The notes below the pieces were generated by a model. It saw nothing but the letters and a program-made list of their open reading frames with translations, was not told where the DNA came from and did not search any database. Shown piece by piece: positions 38,001 through 51,084 of a stretch of 64,000 nt of DNA; within the stretch, counting starts at the first letter, position 1; each line of letters opens with the position of its first letter. The translations under genes and the position numbers were made by a program. The DNA lies in contig OX597819.1 in NCBI GenBank assembly GCA_951406725.2, positions 89,156,001 through 89,220,000 on the forward strand. Direction: 5' to 3'. Source of the stretch: Octopus vulgaris. Its lineage: Eukaryota.

Positions 38001-39021
38001 AAGGTGATATTAGTGAATCATTTAGCTACTAATGGTAGCAGGTCGAGCGACTGCATAGAAGTGTTCAAAACTAGAGATTCAATTTTTTTTTTAATTGCTA
38101 GCGCAATTCGCATAAGGGCTTCAGAAACCCCACTGCTTTCCTTTAATAAACAAAAATAAGGAATGACAGGTTTCTTCAAGACCCCCAAGCATTAATATGA
38201 ATTTTCTAAAGTATTAAATTAGATTTTTGAAAATTTTACGGCCTACCTAAGTTTCCCTTATGATACAGTGTCAGAGAATTAGTCATCGACTCTCTCTTGG
38301 TTAATCAATGATTGATAGGTTGTTTAGCAGCAAATCAAAGCATTTCTTCTTATGTGTATGAAAGGCAGAATTGTTAGCACACTGCACAAAATGGTTAACG
38401 GAAGCATTTTGTCAATTTTTAACTTCTGAGTTCAAATGCCGCCGGGGTTGACTTTTCCTTTCATCTTTCCGGACCAATTGAACATTGGAGTCAAAGTAAT
38501 AGACTAGCTCACTCCCACAAAATTTCAAGCCTTATGCCTATAATTTAAAGGTTATGTGTGTGTGTGTGTGTGTGTATGTGATGGCCGAATGGTTAAATTT
38601 GAGTTCTTAGGTTCGAAACCACTGTGTATTATTTTGAACAACTGTCATTTTTGCATTGTCTCGGGTCACCCCACATCTGATAAGAGAAATTGGGTAGACG
38701 CGTACTGGTAATTAAAAAGTTCAAATAATTGTCCTGTCAAATGTTCAGCCGCTCACACGGTAATTCAATGAGCAGGTAAATCCATGGTACAATTGTAACT
38801 GAATCAAATTCATATCACGTATAGGTGGAGTTGTTGCGATCAAATCATTCTAGCATATCTCTGATGGTTTCAACCCAGTGTTCTTATAGCTTAAACGCTT
38901 CTCTGTGGGTTATTTTCACAAACAAGCTGTCGGGTCTCTGCAATGCCTGAGTCACTCAGAAGGAACATCTTCAACAAAAATGGGACAGGGGTTCAGATTT
39001 GGGAAAGGGGAATATTGTTAA

Positions 39022-39248
39022 CACCTTTATCTGTCCTAATCATTTGTCCTAAACGTCCATGCTTGTTTTCTGGCTTTTAGCAAAGCTCTTGTGTCATACG
39101 TTCTGAATAATATAAAGGTTTCCTTTCACAAGTCTCAAATTGCTCTCACTGGTCGAAAAAAAAATGGAAATGTGTATCATAAACGATGCATGAACACCAG
39201 GGTAGTGTGCCCTGTATATTCCATGTGATACATGGGATGGGCAAAGGA
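39022..39248. mobile_element. piggyBac-type MITE, family P2
   Basis: Flanked by TTAA at 39018-39021 and 39249-39252; homologous to 33686-33870. Confidence 0.7.
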
Positions 39249-39296
39249 TTAAATCGCAACCATAGAAAAGATTCCGGATTAATTTAGACGAATAAC

Positions 39297-39712
39297 GGAT
39301 CTTTTTGGTTTGAACGGCAGTTTTTTAAAATAATTTCCACGTAACTAAACACTTTTAAACTTCGTATACTGGTAGAATGTGTTTATAAAACATCTTTTTC
39401 TCTTGGCTTTATTGAGAAAATTCTATAGTTTGTAAGATATTTGTTGTTGTTTTTTTTCTTCAATTTCTGCAATTTCAACCAATCATTGACGTCTATTGAG
39501 GTGAAAACATTGTGCCGTATGAATAAATATGTCCCTCGTTTAAGAAACAGATTGGGTTTATTTACATTTCTGAAGAAAAAAAAGATACCCTTCCCCCAAC
39601 CCCTAACCCTAAAACAGATTGAAATGCAATAGATCGATACTAGGGTCATAATTATGGGTGACAATTGCATACGACACCACTAGAAAAACTGCCGTTCAAA
39701 CCGAAAAGATCC
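39297..39712. mobile_element. MITE family M, copy 3
   Basis: Same TIRs as copies 1 and 2, with a perfect 8-bp TSD CGAATAAC. Confidence 0.92.
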
Positions 39713-40086
39713 CGAATAACTAATATAGCACAGTTGTGCTGTGGTGACGAAGAGCTTAAAAAAAAAAAAGAAAAGACACCCACCCTGGCCAAATATCAGT
39801 GGGTTATTTTTTGTAAATTGCATAGCAGTAGTAAGTGAATCAAAGATGAGAATTCAGATTTGTTATTTTTCAAACTTTTTCTTTTTTTGTATTCAATTTT
39901 ATTTCAGTTTGAAATTTGTTTAAAGAGGAAACTGTTAGTGAGTGCGGGTAGGGTAAGGTTACAGAGATATCGTAGAATCTCAAATTGAAATAATATAAAC
40001 TGAATGAAATAGTCTGGGGTTTTTAAAAAAATCTAATGTCATGTTTTCTAAAATGTGTGTATGAATAGAATGTATGCGTATGTGCA

Positions 40087-40416
40087 TCTTAAAAGACTCC
40101 GCCGGTTACGACGACGAGGGTTCCGGTTGATCCGAATCAACGGAACAGCTTGCTCGTGAAATTAACGTGCAAATGGCTGAGCATTCCACAGACACGTGTA
40201 CCCTTAACGTAGTTCTCGGGGATAATCAGCGTGACACAGAGAGTGACAAGGCTGACCCTTTGAAATACAAGTACAACTCATTTTTGCCAGCTGAGTGGAC
40301 TGGAGCAACGTGAAATAAAGTGTCTTGCTCAAGGACACAACGCGTCGCCAGGAATCGAACTCACAACCTTACGATCATGAGCCGAATGCCCTAACCACTA
40401 AGCCACGCGCCCTCAC
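40087..40416 (-). mobile_element. tRNA-derived CORE-type SINE, family E (young)
   Basis: Reverse-strand head GTGAGGGCGCGTGGCTTAGTGG ... GAGTTCGATTCC with the same core as family D but a different tail. Perfect 12-bp TSD TGCGTATGTGCA. Confidence 0.93.
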
Positions 40417-40731
40417 TGCGTATGTGCAGAGGTGTCTTTACAATAACTAAATTCTATGTATATATATATATATGTGTGCGTACGTTATAATTAGCTACCC
40501 ATAAATCCACAGCATGGATCTCGTGGGTAGTTTAGTTGCTCAAAACATCATGTACACAACCCACATAAAGATTTAGATCAAAAGTAGAATTAGAGGAAAC
40601 TAGTAATGGACTGGAGTCGGCAAAAATGTAACAAAAAGTCAGCAAAGTGGAATAAATTATTTTGCTGCAAGGAAGAGGAGAAATTTAACACAACACACAT
40701 ATATTCATATCTATATGTACGTGTGCGTACG

Positions 40732-40762
<31 letters not shown>

Positions 40763-40864
40763 TGCAGTATATTTGGTTGAGTATTTAATTATTTTCCCAT
40801 GTGAAACCATACGATACATAACACATTGAGTATATATAAAAATCCATAAATATATATACATGTA

Positions 40865-41071
40865 CAGTAATCCCTCGACTATCGCGAGTGTTACGTTCTA
40901 AAACTTCCCACAGAAATAATTAAAATATAAAAAAATATAAATACCTATTGGCCGCAGAAACCCGTGATATACTGAGGAGTCCGCGATATAAATTTACATA
41001 TATTAGCCAGAAAAATCCGCGATTCACTGAGTGCGCGATAAGTGAATATCGATATGACGAGGGATTTACTG
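40865..41071. mobile_element. pogo/Tigger-type MITE
   Basis: TA|CAGTAATCCCTCG ... CGAGGGATTTACTG|TA. Confidence 0.88.
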
Positions 41072-41259
41072 TATATTCGCAGAGTAATACTGTAAGAGTG
41101 AAAAAAGATACCCGAATCCTTGTCACAATGACTTCAGCATTTTAGTCTAGTTGCATTCAATCAATACGAGACGGCTAGATACATTCGTAGACTGAATTTA
41201 CAACTAAAAAACTTTGTAGTAAGTAAGAGTTTATACATTTTTCAAACATAAACCTATTT

Positions 41260-42230
41260 TGTTGTTACTTCTTAACCACAACATTCGCGACAAGGCCACA
41301 ACTTGCGGTTAGAGAAGTCCATAATATTTGACATCGAAAGGCTGAAAAGCAAAAGCATTCATCCACCCCACTTACGCAGTCCGGAAGAGATATCTTATAA
41401 AGATTTTTTTTTTTTAAATGTTATATTTTACAATTTGTAACCTGGGTACAAAGCTACAAATTTGATGATGGGAAACAGTCAATAGTAAAATAATTTCACC
41501 TCAGTATTTGAGTGATGCTTATTTTGTCGACTCTGGAACTCAAGAAAATAACCATCGTTTCTGATTTAGGCACAAATTCAGCAAGTTTTAAGAGAAGGAC
41601 TTTGTCGATAAGATCGACCTAGTACTTGAGTGGTACTTTATTTCAACGATCCTGAAAGGAAGAAAAGGTGAAGGTGATCTCGGTAAAATAAAACCCAGGA
41701 CATAAACAGCTGGGAGAAATAACCCAAGACATTACTTTTGACGTTCTAACGATCCTATCATCGCGCTACCTTTACTCAAAATAATAATCCTTTCTACTTT
41801 AGTCACCAGGCCTGAAATTTAGAGGCAAGGGGCTGGTCTATCATCGATCCCAGTACTTGGCAGGTTCTTTATTTCATCGACCCCGAAAGAATGTAAGGAA
41901 AAGTCAACCTCGGTGGAATAAATCCCAGAGCATAAAGAGCTGGGAGAAACACCACCAGGTAATTCATTCTGACGTTCTAACGATCTTGCCATCTCGTTGC
42001 CCTCACTCAAGAAAATAATGGTTAGATAAAATTTTATGCTGATTTCTAACATTACCACGAGGCTTCAAATTCTGAGCGAGTGTATAGCCGATTAAATCGA
42101 TTCCAGTATTTTTACATAGCAGTATATTTATCGATGCCGGAAATATGAAAGACTGTGGTTGGATTTGAACTCAGAGTATAAAATCTTCGTATCTACAAGC
42201 AGTTTGATAATACTGGTTTCTAACATTACA
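41260..42230 (-). mobile_element. Array of decayed head-to-tail family A-related SINEs
   Basis: About 41555-41770 and 41785-42000 share CATAAA.AGCTGGGAGAAA ... TGACGTTCTAACGATC. More eroded units lie on either side. Confidence 0.7.
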
Positions 42231-42235
42231 ATATT

Positions 42236-42266
<31 letters not shown>

Positions 42267-44409
42267 TTTTTTTTTTTTGCTTTATCTGCGAAAAAGAAAG
42301 CAAAATCGGTCTTTTCTTACTAATGGACAGGTAGGACATAAATATGCTTACTCACAAATGAAATCAGATCTGAACGAATGTATTTATCCAATACTCTATC
42401 ACACTCTCACACACAAACAAGTGAAAGAAAAAGAAATAGAATATAGAAATTCAAGCAAACCCATTTAGATAAGTACACCAAAGTCATGCAACACGAGACC
42501 GAGATTAAATGAACATCAAAAAAGTCAATATCATCTCTGATGGCTGAGGTTTATGTGTTTAACAGATAAATTCACAAGTGCAAAGTCACCATATAGACAC
42601 TGATTTTAATATTTAGAAATGTTACTTCACTAATGTCCAATATTCTGCATATGTTAACATTTTCCAAGCATCGTGTGAATGAATGCAAACAATTTCGAAA
42701 TTAAAATTTTTAAGTGCAGCACAAAAGACCTCCTCCGTATGTATTAATTATACACAGGCGCTCGAGCCATGAGATGTTTGAACACCTGGTCAAAACAAAG
42801 TCACTTTAAGTAAATATAAAACCAGTATACACATGTATGTAATATAAATATACATGTGAATACTCCAGAGATTCTAAAAGCTCGTAAATGCCTCCGGTGT
42901 TTTAACTCCGGCTTCGTACCGTAAACACATGAATGATAAGTCTAATCTCAAATTACATTCCCAAAAGACCTAGTAACCATTCGAGCCAGTTAGGTGAACT
43001 GAGGCATATAAAATTAGGGGTAAATGTTCCAAATTACAACAAAATACTTTCGTTGGGTTTGCAACCAATACTTAAGATCTGATCGTTTAATACTATATTC
43101 GCTTTATCATCCTAGTTCAAATAATATGTACATGTAAAAGTTTTTGAGTTTGGATAAGTTTGCAATGAGAAGATGAAGAGTTTGGCGTTTCGGAACTGAC
43201 TTTTCGTTCTTTATTTCAAACGATGCATCAACACCAAAATGTCAGATTCTTCTAGCAACATTCAACGGTTAATCTCCTAAAAAGGAGAGACTAAATTGCC
43301 CCAGAATCGACGACAGTGAAATCTCATCATTCCATTAATAAAACTCCATGATTATGTCGAGTCCACAAGTGCCTAGTTGTAGCGTATCTTCTAGCGAAAT
43401 CTTAAGCATTTTTGAAATGGCAGTTGAAGTAAATTACTCGAACGGATTACACTCAACGATGTGGCTTGCATCTCAAACGCGTAATAACCAACACGGTTAC
43501 ATTATCGAGATAATCCTCCACGACTAGTGAGTTTTGGACAAAAAAAAAATGGAGAATGATGATGTTCATAAGATTTTTAATACATGTGCGATTTTTTCTC
43601 CCCTCACCCCTGAAAAAATTGCATTTTACCTCTACCTTCATTACGTTCTGTACACTGACTGTTTTCATATTATATAAAATAGAGGATCTTCTCGCTTTCA
43701 GAGTCCTAAATTATCTGTTTGAAATGTCATTATACCGTTAAACTTATCAAACTCATGGTTGAACGTCCACGTACCAAAATTACTATTGTCGACACAAACG
43801 AGATCACTGGATGCATATCGCTGCCGCTTTACGCTGAAAAGTTTCAACAGTTTTTGATTTAGTACGTGCTCTCAAATAGGGTGTGTTGGAGGGTTAATTC
43901 ACCACAGGGAAAGACTTCCTCTCGTCACTCCACCCCATTTCCATCCTTTTTTTTTTTTCAAAAAAACTCCTGTTTTCGAATACGGCGTTTTGAAATTTCG
44001 GCCCCTCCCCAATTTCTTCATTTTTTACTTTTTTTCCCTAACCCTAACTACAAAAATTTTTGGAAATTTTTTTTAGAATCATAATCGTATTTTGGTAAGA
44101 CTTGCGACATCCATTTGATTGGGAAGAGAAAGGGTTGCGAATGCTTTGTAGCAATCAGGGGCAAACTGCGACCCGTATGGTTTTCTGAATAGCATGCCTA
44201 ACAAAAAATTACCTTGGGTTTTTTTCTTCTTTTGGTAGTGCAATTTGCTTAATGATGAGCTATGTCTCATGAAGTCCGCTTTTCGAAAAATGCCGCTTTA
44301 TAATATTGCAATAATACACTCTTAGAAACTATTTGAATTTTAGTTTTCGTAAAACAGTTTAGGACAGTCAGATTTTGTGACTGAATTTAGAACCGTAAAA
44401 ACGAGAAGA

Positions 44410-44600
44410 CCTGTTATATTATAAAATGGTTTCATGGAATTTCAGTTCCCGCGAAATTTAGTTTCATTTTCGTTTCCTTTTAAGGATACTGAACTTATGA
44501 ACCTCACTAAAGAGTTTTGTATCGAACAGCAGAACTGCTGTAGATGTTCACTATCGAACGTTCTTCACCTATAGTGCAAAACGAAAGACGTACGTCTATT
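44410..44600 (+). promoter_or_regulatory. Candidate core promoter and non-coding first exon
   Basis: TATAAAA at 44420-44426, Inr-like TCAGTT at 44442-44447, E2F-like TTCCCGCGAAA at 44446-44456, possible donor GTACGT at 44590. Lies just before a CpG-poor block. Confidence 0.25.
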
Positions 44601-45187
44601 CAAAAAAAAAATTAAAAGCTTTTAATATTTCTGATATGTTCAGTGAAAGTTTAATTTTTTGTTTCTTCATTGTTTTCATTTCGTTTCAATTTGCTTAAAC
44701 ACCGAAAGCATTTTTTTTCTATAAAAACCTAGTGAAAGTAGTTTTCCGTTTTTTTTTTAAAAAAAAAAAGGTGAAAGAATTATCTTTTTTTTAAGGCGTA
44801 AATGTCACTCACAGTTTTACTGCTAGAAAATAGGTGAACGTCTAAGAGCGTTAAATACGAACGCCTGCAACACTTTTACCCTTAAGCTATTTTTTACATG
44901 TAAAAAGTTAGTTACCGTGCAACAGTAACTGCAATTTATAAAATGGTAGTAAGGTTTTGTAGTAGAAGTAAATGATTGCATTTAAAAGTTAGTTACTGGC
45001 AGAAGCGTGAGAGCATCAGACAAAGCTGCATGTAGTACTTACGTATCTCCGCGCTTAAAGTTCAAGACCCACTGACTTCAAATATGCTTTTCATTATTTT
45101 GGTGTTGTTAAAAATAAGGCGCCAGTCAAGTTACTGGAGTAATTTTAACGTTTCTATAAAACAGCCTGCATGTGAATGAATTTACAA

Positions 45188-45520
45188 CAGGCGTAGAAGT
45201 AGCTGTTGTAAGTAGCTTGCTTACCAACCACATGGTTCTGGGTTCAGTCCCACTGCGTGGCACCTTTAGCAAGTGTCTTCTACTATAGCCTCGGGCCGAC
45301 CAAAGTTTGTGAGTGGATTTGGTAGACGGAAACTGAAAGAAGCCCGTCGTATAAATGCATATATATGTGTTTGTCCCCCAACATCGATTGACAACTGATG
45401 CTGGTGTGTTCACGTTCCCATAACTTAGTGGTTGGGCAAAAGAGACTGATAGAAAAAGTACTAGGCTTACAAAGAATAAGTGCTCCAGCATGGCCACAGT
45501 CAAATGACTGAAAAGAGTAA
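45188..45520 (+). mobile_element. SINE family C
   Basis: Head-to-tail match to family C with an internal deletion before GTGCTCCAGCATGG. Confidence 0.9.
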
Positions 45521-46340
45521 CAGAAGACCTTATAAATTCGAAAAGCTAACACAATAACCGCTATACAGGTTAACTGACTTCTACTGCTCATATACACATA
45601 CCTATCACAAAATAATAGTTCTTTTATATATCAAAAAATCAGCCCTAAAAAAAAGTTTATATGACAGGTTTTTTTCTCTTTCTTTCCTTTTCATGAGACT
45701 TGATGGTGACTAGAATTCTAGACAACGTCTTGGAGAGAGTAATTTTAAAAACAAAATTCAATATTGAAACATATCAGACCAACCAGCTTTCTATGTGTGT
45801 CTCGCACTCCCCTAAGATATATAAATCATGTATATTTCTTCTGCTCAGAATGAGTAGGTATACCATATCCCTGTTTCATATGAGGTGATGAAAAAGATTG
45901 TCAACAGGAAGAGCATCTGGCTATAAAACCCATACAGACATAGAAGAATGGATACACCAAAGTTTAAACCATGTTACTTTTCAACAAGTGTACAGAAGAA
46001 ATAGCAGTGGCTAGACAGCCAAGTCAATATAATGGCTAACAATTAGTTCATTGCTGTAAGCAGTGGCAGCACATTATTTTAATGGCTTGTAGAGTTGAGC
46101 TCCATTCCAACAGCAGGGAAAAAGCTATTTGTGATTCTCCAATCATCATTATGAAATCAAGAACTACAATTTAGCCATATGGAGCTTCGGGGAGTCTTGA
46201 GTCTCACAGTGCTGCAGTTCTTTTTTTGCCAATTGAGTCAGTTTTGCTTATACAATGTTCTGTGCTTCTTTACTTTTGAATTCTTTGCAAAGATATCTCT
46301 AAACAGCTCAGTTTCCTTTGTAACAAATAGGTAATATGAG

Positions 46341-46576
46341 CAGGAGTTGTGGAGTCAGACACAATTAAAGGATAGTTGGAGTCAGTAAAACTATACCGAC
46401 TCATAATATCTTTATTCTTTAATATAAACCAGTTATAACATAAAGGCCTACTCAAAGTACAAGCGTATGCATATACTTTGAGATATGTAGACCACAATCA
46501 ATTACATAAAGAGTCAGAGTCGGAGGTGTGAATAGGAGTCAGAGTTGAAGTTTTTTGTTTTGACTCCACAGCGCTA
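46341..46576. mobile_element. hAT-type MITE
   Basis: TIRs CAGGAGTTGTGGAGTC / GACTCCACAGCGCTA, internal GAGTC repeats, perfect 8-bp TSD AATATGAG. Confidence 0.9.
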
Positions 46577-47078
46577 AATATGAGAAGAGACTATTCACTT
46601 TAGTATTATAAGTACCACCAACATGAAGCCCATAATGTAGTTGCTCTACCAATTAAAAATACAAACCAAACAACTCACAAATCACACCTTTCTGTCTTTA
46701 GTTCTTTAGTATTCAAAAGTAATATTCATTTACATAGTTTTGAATTAATCATGCATTTTCTTGTAGCTTTGAGATTTCAAATGAGATGATTAATTACTAT
46801 TTAGGGCAGGTGTGAGAGGTTAGATCTGGCCACTTTGAACAAAAACAGGTAGAATATTTGGGCCAGATATGGTTGGTTTAATAACAAGAGAAAGGACACA
46901 TTGAACAAATGAAATCTGTGATATACCAAATTATAGCTTTGTCATGCCCAACTGGAGCACTTTTGATAATAAGCCTGCTAAGTTTAAGGTAGACCTGAGC
47001 TAAACAACAATGGATGACTAGCAAATAAGGGCATTTCAGAAGAAAGGATACATTGAATATACTGTCCTAAATGTAATA

Positions 47079-47557
47079 CCGTAAATCCTTGAGTATAGTC
47101 TACCTTTGAGTATAATACGCAGGGGATTTTTAGGGGGCTGTACCTCTGAAAAACCTAAACCTTGTGTATAATACGCACCCCTTCTCTAACTTGAGTTAAG
47201 GAGGTCTATATAGCGTCCTTGGTTTGTAAAAATGTATACGGTAACGTCCTTTATTATTATTGTATATATAACAATGCAAACGTGTAGCTTTTTTGTGCAT
47301 ATTGTTTGCAGAAAATAAAGAAATAACAGTAATAACGTTTAATAAATGTTGCTAATTGCAAGTTATGGATGATTCAAGGTATTTTTGCACCTGACATCAC
47401 AAAATGCATTTGAATAAACATTGCCAGACAGCAAATAGAGACTCGGACAGTGCTTAGAAAATAATTTTCATTTTCAACTTCGTATATAGTACGCACTAGG
47501 GGTTTTGACCTTTAAATTTTAGGGAAAAAAATGCGGATTATACTCGAGGATTTACAA
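47079..47557. mobile_element. Tc2/pogo-type MITE
   Basis: TA|CCGTAAATCCTTGAGTATAGTC ... GGATTATACTCGAGGATTTACAA|TA with repeated GTATAATACGCA subterminal motifs. Confidence 0.85.
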
Positions 47558-47957
47558 TATGTCTGAAGAAAGACTGAACAATCAGGACTGATTTAAGAGC
47601 TAGAATGGATACGACATTGGCAAGTATTCTTATCATTCCATGGGTGACTAATGAAAAAAATTGTGTAACACTTAAATTATTGTTTATTAAAGACTCACAA
47701 AACAAAACAACAAAAAAATATTGATGACCTTACTCTCATAGATAAAAAGTGTAATCAATCAAATGAAAAGATTTTTTTTTTTACAAGAGCAGAACTCAAA
47801 GAAACCATGCAAGGTGACATTGAATTGTATGTCTTCACTTAGATTCATACACACACACACACTACCTACCGACTTCATATTTACACTTGCAGCAAAATAT
47901 CAACATTACAATCATTATCATCAATTTGATATCCATTTTCTCATGTTGAAATGTATT

Positions 47958-48332
47958 ACTCTTTTACTTGTTTCAGTCGTGTGACTGTGGCCATGCTGGA
48001 GCACCACCTTTAGTCAAGCAAATCGACCCCAGGACTTATTCTTTGTAAGCCTAGTACTTATTCTATCGGTCTCTTTTTGCCGAATCGTTAAGTTACGGGG
48101 ACCTTAAACACACCAGTACCAGTTGTCAAGCGATGTTGGTGGGGACAAACACACACATACATATATATACAACGTGCTTCTTTCAGTTTCTGTCTACCAA
48201 ATCCACTCACAAGGCTTCGGTCCCCCCCGAGGCTACAGTAGAAGACACTTGCCCAAGGTGCCACACAGTGGACTGAACCCGGAACTTTGTGGTTGGTAAG
48301 CAAGCTACTAACTACACAGCCACTCCTATGCC
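47958..48332 (-). mobile_element. SINE family C
   Basis: Full-length reverse copy. Confidence 0.9.
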
Positions 48333-48624
48333 TTAGATCAGCATGGAAAATAGCATCCCAGCATCTGCCTCCATCAATGTAAATATTATCTCTTAAAAGG
48401 TCTCAGAATCAACAACATTGATGCTAAAAAATATTTTCACAATATTTAGGAAAAGGACTTGTTTTTGTAATGTTTTTTATTTTGTTTTATATTTCTTGCT
48501 CCTTTAGAGTTGAGTGCTCTTTTTCTTTTCTTTTTTCTTTCCTCGCTTGCCATTTTTCCATATGTAAAATGGTTCCATATGAATTGCCAGGACAAATATT
48601 CTATTTGCCCTGGCTTGTAAGAAG

Positions 48625-48785
48625 CACTCATTACACTCTTGGAGTGGTTGACATTAGAAAAGGCATCCAGCCGTAGAAACCATGCTCAATCAGACTGGAA
48701 CCTGGTGCAGTTTACTGGCTTACCAGTTCCAATCAAACCATCTAACCCATGCCAGCATGGAAAGCAGATGCTAAATGATGATGAA
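48625..48785 (+). mobile_element. Family B retroposon, 5'-truncated
   Basis: GGAGTGGTTGACATTAGAAAAGGCATCCAGCCGTAGAAAC ... GCATGGAAAGCAGATGCTAAATGATGATGA. Confidence 0.85.
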
Positions 48786-49010
48786 CTCATGGCTGCTTTT
48801 CTTACTCTTTTCCATTCTCAACTATTTTCTACCAGGTGATTTCCATGAGGATATTACATTAGTTATAGCACAGTTTGAACTTATAATTTTGAAGTTACAA
48901 GTTCAGATTATAATACGAGGTGAAATACAAATCTTGCAGCGAAGTTAATAGGGTTTCTTTTTTGTATTCAGCTCAAGTTATTTAACACACAACTAACTAA
49001 CGATAATTAA

Positions 49011-49231
49011 CCCTTTAGCATTTAAACTGGCCATATCCAGCCCTGATATTGTACCTGGTTTATGTTCAGCCCAGACAGATCTGGCTTCTCACACCTACCC
49101 TACAATGTTATTCTAAAAATTTACAATCACACCATCAAAATCTTGAAGCTATGAGATAATGAATGATAAATTTAAAACAATGGGAATAAATAAGCAATTA
49201 CATTTGACAAAGTTATCTGAATACTGAAGGG
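49011..49231. mobile_element. piggyBac-type MITE, family P1
   Basis: TTAA|CCCTTTAGCATT ... AATACTGAAGGG|TTAA. Confidence 0.92.
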
Positions 49232-49297
49232 TTAAATAAGACATCTATATAGTTACTGGATGTCTTTATCAAGTAGTAAATACAGTTTCTACAAGGT

Positions 49298-49723
49298 CCT
49301 GTCCTTGTTGTGGTAAGGTGCCTTGTGCTCCTCAATGATCCTGAGAGCTATGTCAGCTCCTGGGAGGGACTCCCATACTGGGCAGGTCAAAAGAGAAGAG
49401 CCTGACTAATATGCACCACCTCTTTCCAGAGATAAAAATGGGTTTGTGTAGGGGCCAAGAATTGTATCTAGAGAAAAGCAAAATTACAGTGGTATCAATG
49501 ACAATCTGAAACCAACAAGGCCTGGGAGGAGAAGGCCCTCCTTCAAGGAAACGCATGAACATACAAGAAAGGTAGAAGAGAGGACACGCCAAAAGTAACT
49601 GGAGGTAGGAAAGTGAAGCAGAGTTGAAAAAGCAGGGAGAGAAGCAGAAAGGACAGCCCAAAGTTGAAAACACTGGAGATAACTTGCCAATGACCTCTGC
49701 TCCATAGGGAGCGAAAGGCTTTA
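49298..49723 (+). mobile_element. Non-autonomous bipartite RTE derivative
   Basis: The 5' half resembles RTE/BovB-type 5' UTRs. The 3' half translates SEAELKKQG / EAERTAQS*KHWR*LANDLCSIGSERL*, an RTE ORF C-terminus. Confidence 0.8.
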
Positions 49724-50423
49724 GCCAGCCTGGTAGATTGTACTATGATTTTGCTAGTTGTTTGATACACTTAAGTAGTTAAAAGCAGAGGCACTCTCTT
49801 GATCACCTGTCACTTAAACCAGTAGAACATCCAAGATGTGACAGGTGGAGGGAGAAGTCTTAGACCAGCACCCAGAGGGTACTCGTTACAACGAAATAGA
49901 CAGGAACAATATGAACACAATACCTTGCTTAAGGATACAAAATACCAGCTGATACAGGAATTGAATGTGTAATCGTATGATTGATCATAAACCAACACTC
50001 AACTGCAAGGCCATACACCTCCACAGTGTATTTAGTATAGTAACACTTTTCTCGACTACCTTCACGTCCTGTCTACAGAGGACCATGTACTTTTTTTCCT
50101 AAGGATATGCTTTTCGTTTGCATATCCTCAAAATGAAAAACAAGAATGCATGACAATAGCTCAAAATGACAATCAACCAAATTAACGAGTTCATTTAAGC
50201 AGCTGGACCGATAAGATTGTTTCTGGTCATTTGATTAGCTACTTCACTAGTATTGATCAGCGCAGACAAAAAAACTAATTGCTTATATCGTTTACTTGTG
50301 CACGTGTGTGTGTGTGTTTCCTTTCCTTTTAAGCATTAAATATATTTGTTAAAACTTGTCCCTCCAGTGTTTTCTTTTTGTGTTCATTGTTTCCATTTTG
50401 AGTGTGTGTGTGTATAAAATATG

Positions 50424-50680
50424 TCATCATCATCATCATCATTTAACGTCCGTTTTCCATGCTAGCATGGGTTGGACAGTTCAACCGGGGTCTGGGAAGC
50501 CAAGAGTCTGCACCAGGCTCCAGTCTGATCTGGCAGTGTTTCTACATCTGGATGCCCTTCCTAACGCCAACCACTCCGTGAGCATAGTGGGTGCTTTTTA
50601 CGTGCTGCCGGCACAGGTGCCAGGTGAGGCTGGCAACATCCGCGATTGGTTGGTGCATTTTACATGCCACCGGCACCACA
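50424..50680 (-). mobile_element. Family B retroposon
   Basis: (CAT)n TTAACGTCCGTTTTCCATGCTAGCATGGG ... GGATGCCCTTCCTAACGCCAACC. Confidence 0.9.
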
Positions 50681-51084
50681 ACTACAATTTCCATTTGATT
50701 TTTTGATATTGATGTACTTGACTCAATAGGTCTCCTCAAGCACAGGGGTCTCCTTATATATATACACATGCACATATACATATCAGAATGAAAAGTATAT
50801 ATTTATTTAAGACTCTTCGTATTTGGAGTTCAAAGATGCTGAATTCAACTTTACCAGTTATTCTTCTGAGATTGATTGGATAAAGTGCTAGTCAAGTTAC
50901 TGGTATGATTTTAATATTCCTACAAAGAATGAAATTATAATAGAACACCTTAAATACATTATATATATGTACATACATCTTTCTTTTACTGTTTGCTTGT
51001 TTCTGTCATTGGACCGCAGCCATGCTGGAGCACTGCCTCGTTTTACAGGACTTAATTTCAATACTATAAGACATTTCAATTTGA

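Noticed and set aside
44036-44048. Interstitial telomere
   Set aside because: Only two CCCTAA units; similar short runs are internal to MITEs in this window.
48834-48920. Open plus-strand phase-1 exon candidate (DFHEDITLVIAQ...)
   Set aside because: It resembles a decayed reverse SINE head, has a weak donor and no partner exons.
50102-50128. Perfect 9-bp stem AGGATATGC/GCATATCCT
   Set aside because: A single short hairpin with no supporting context; could arise by chance in 64 kb.
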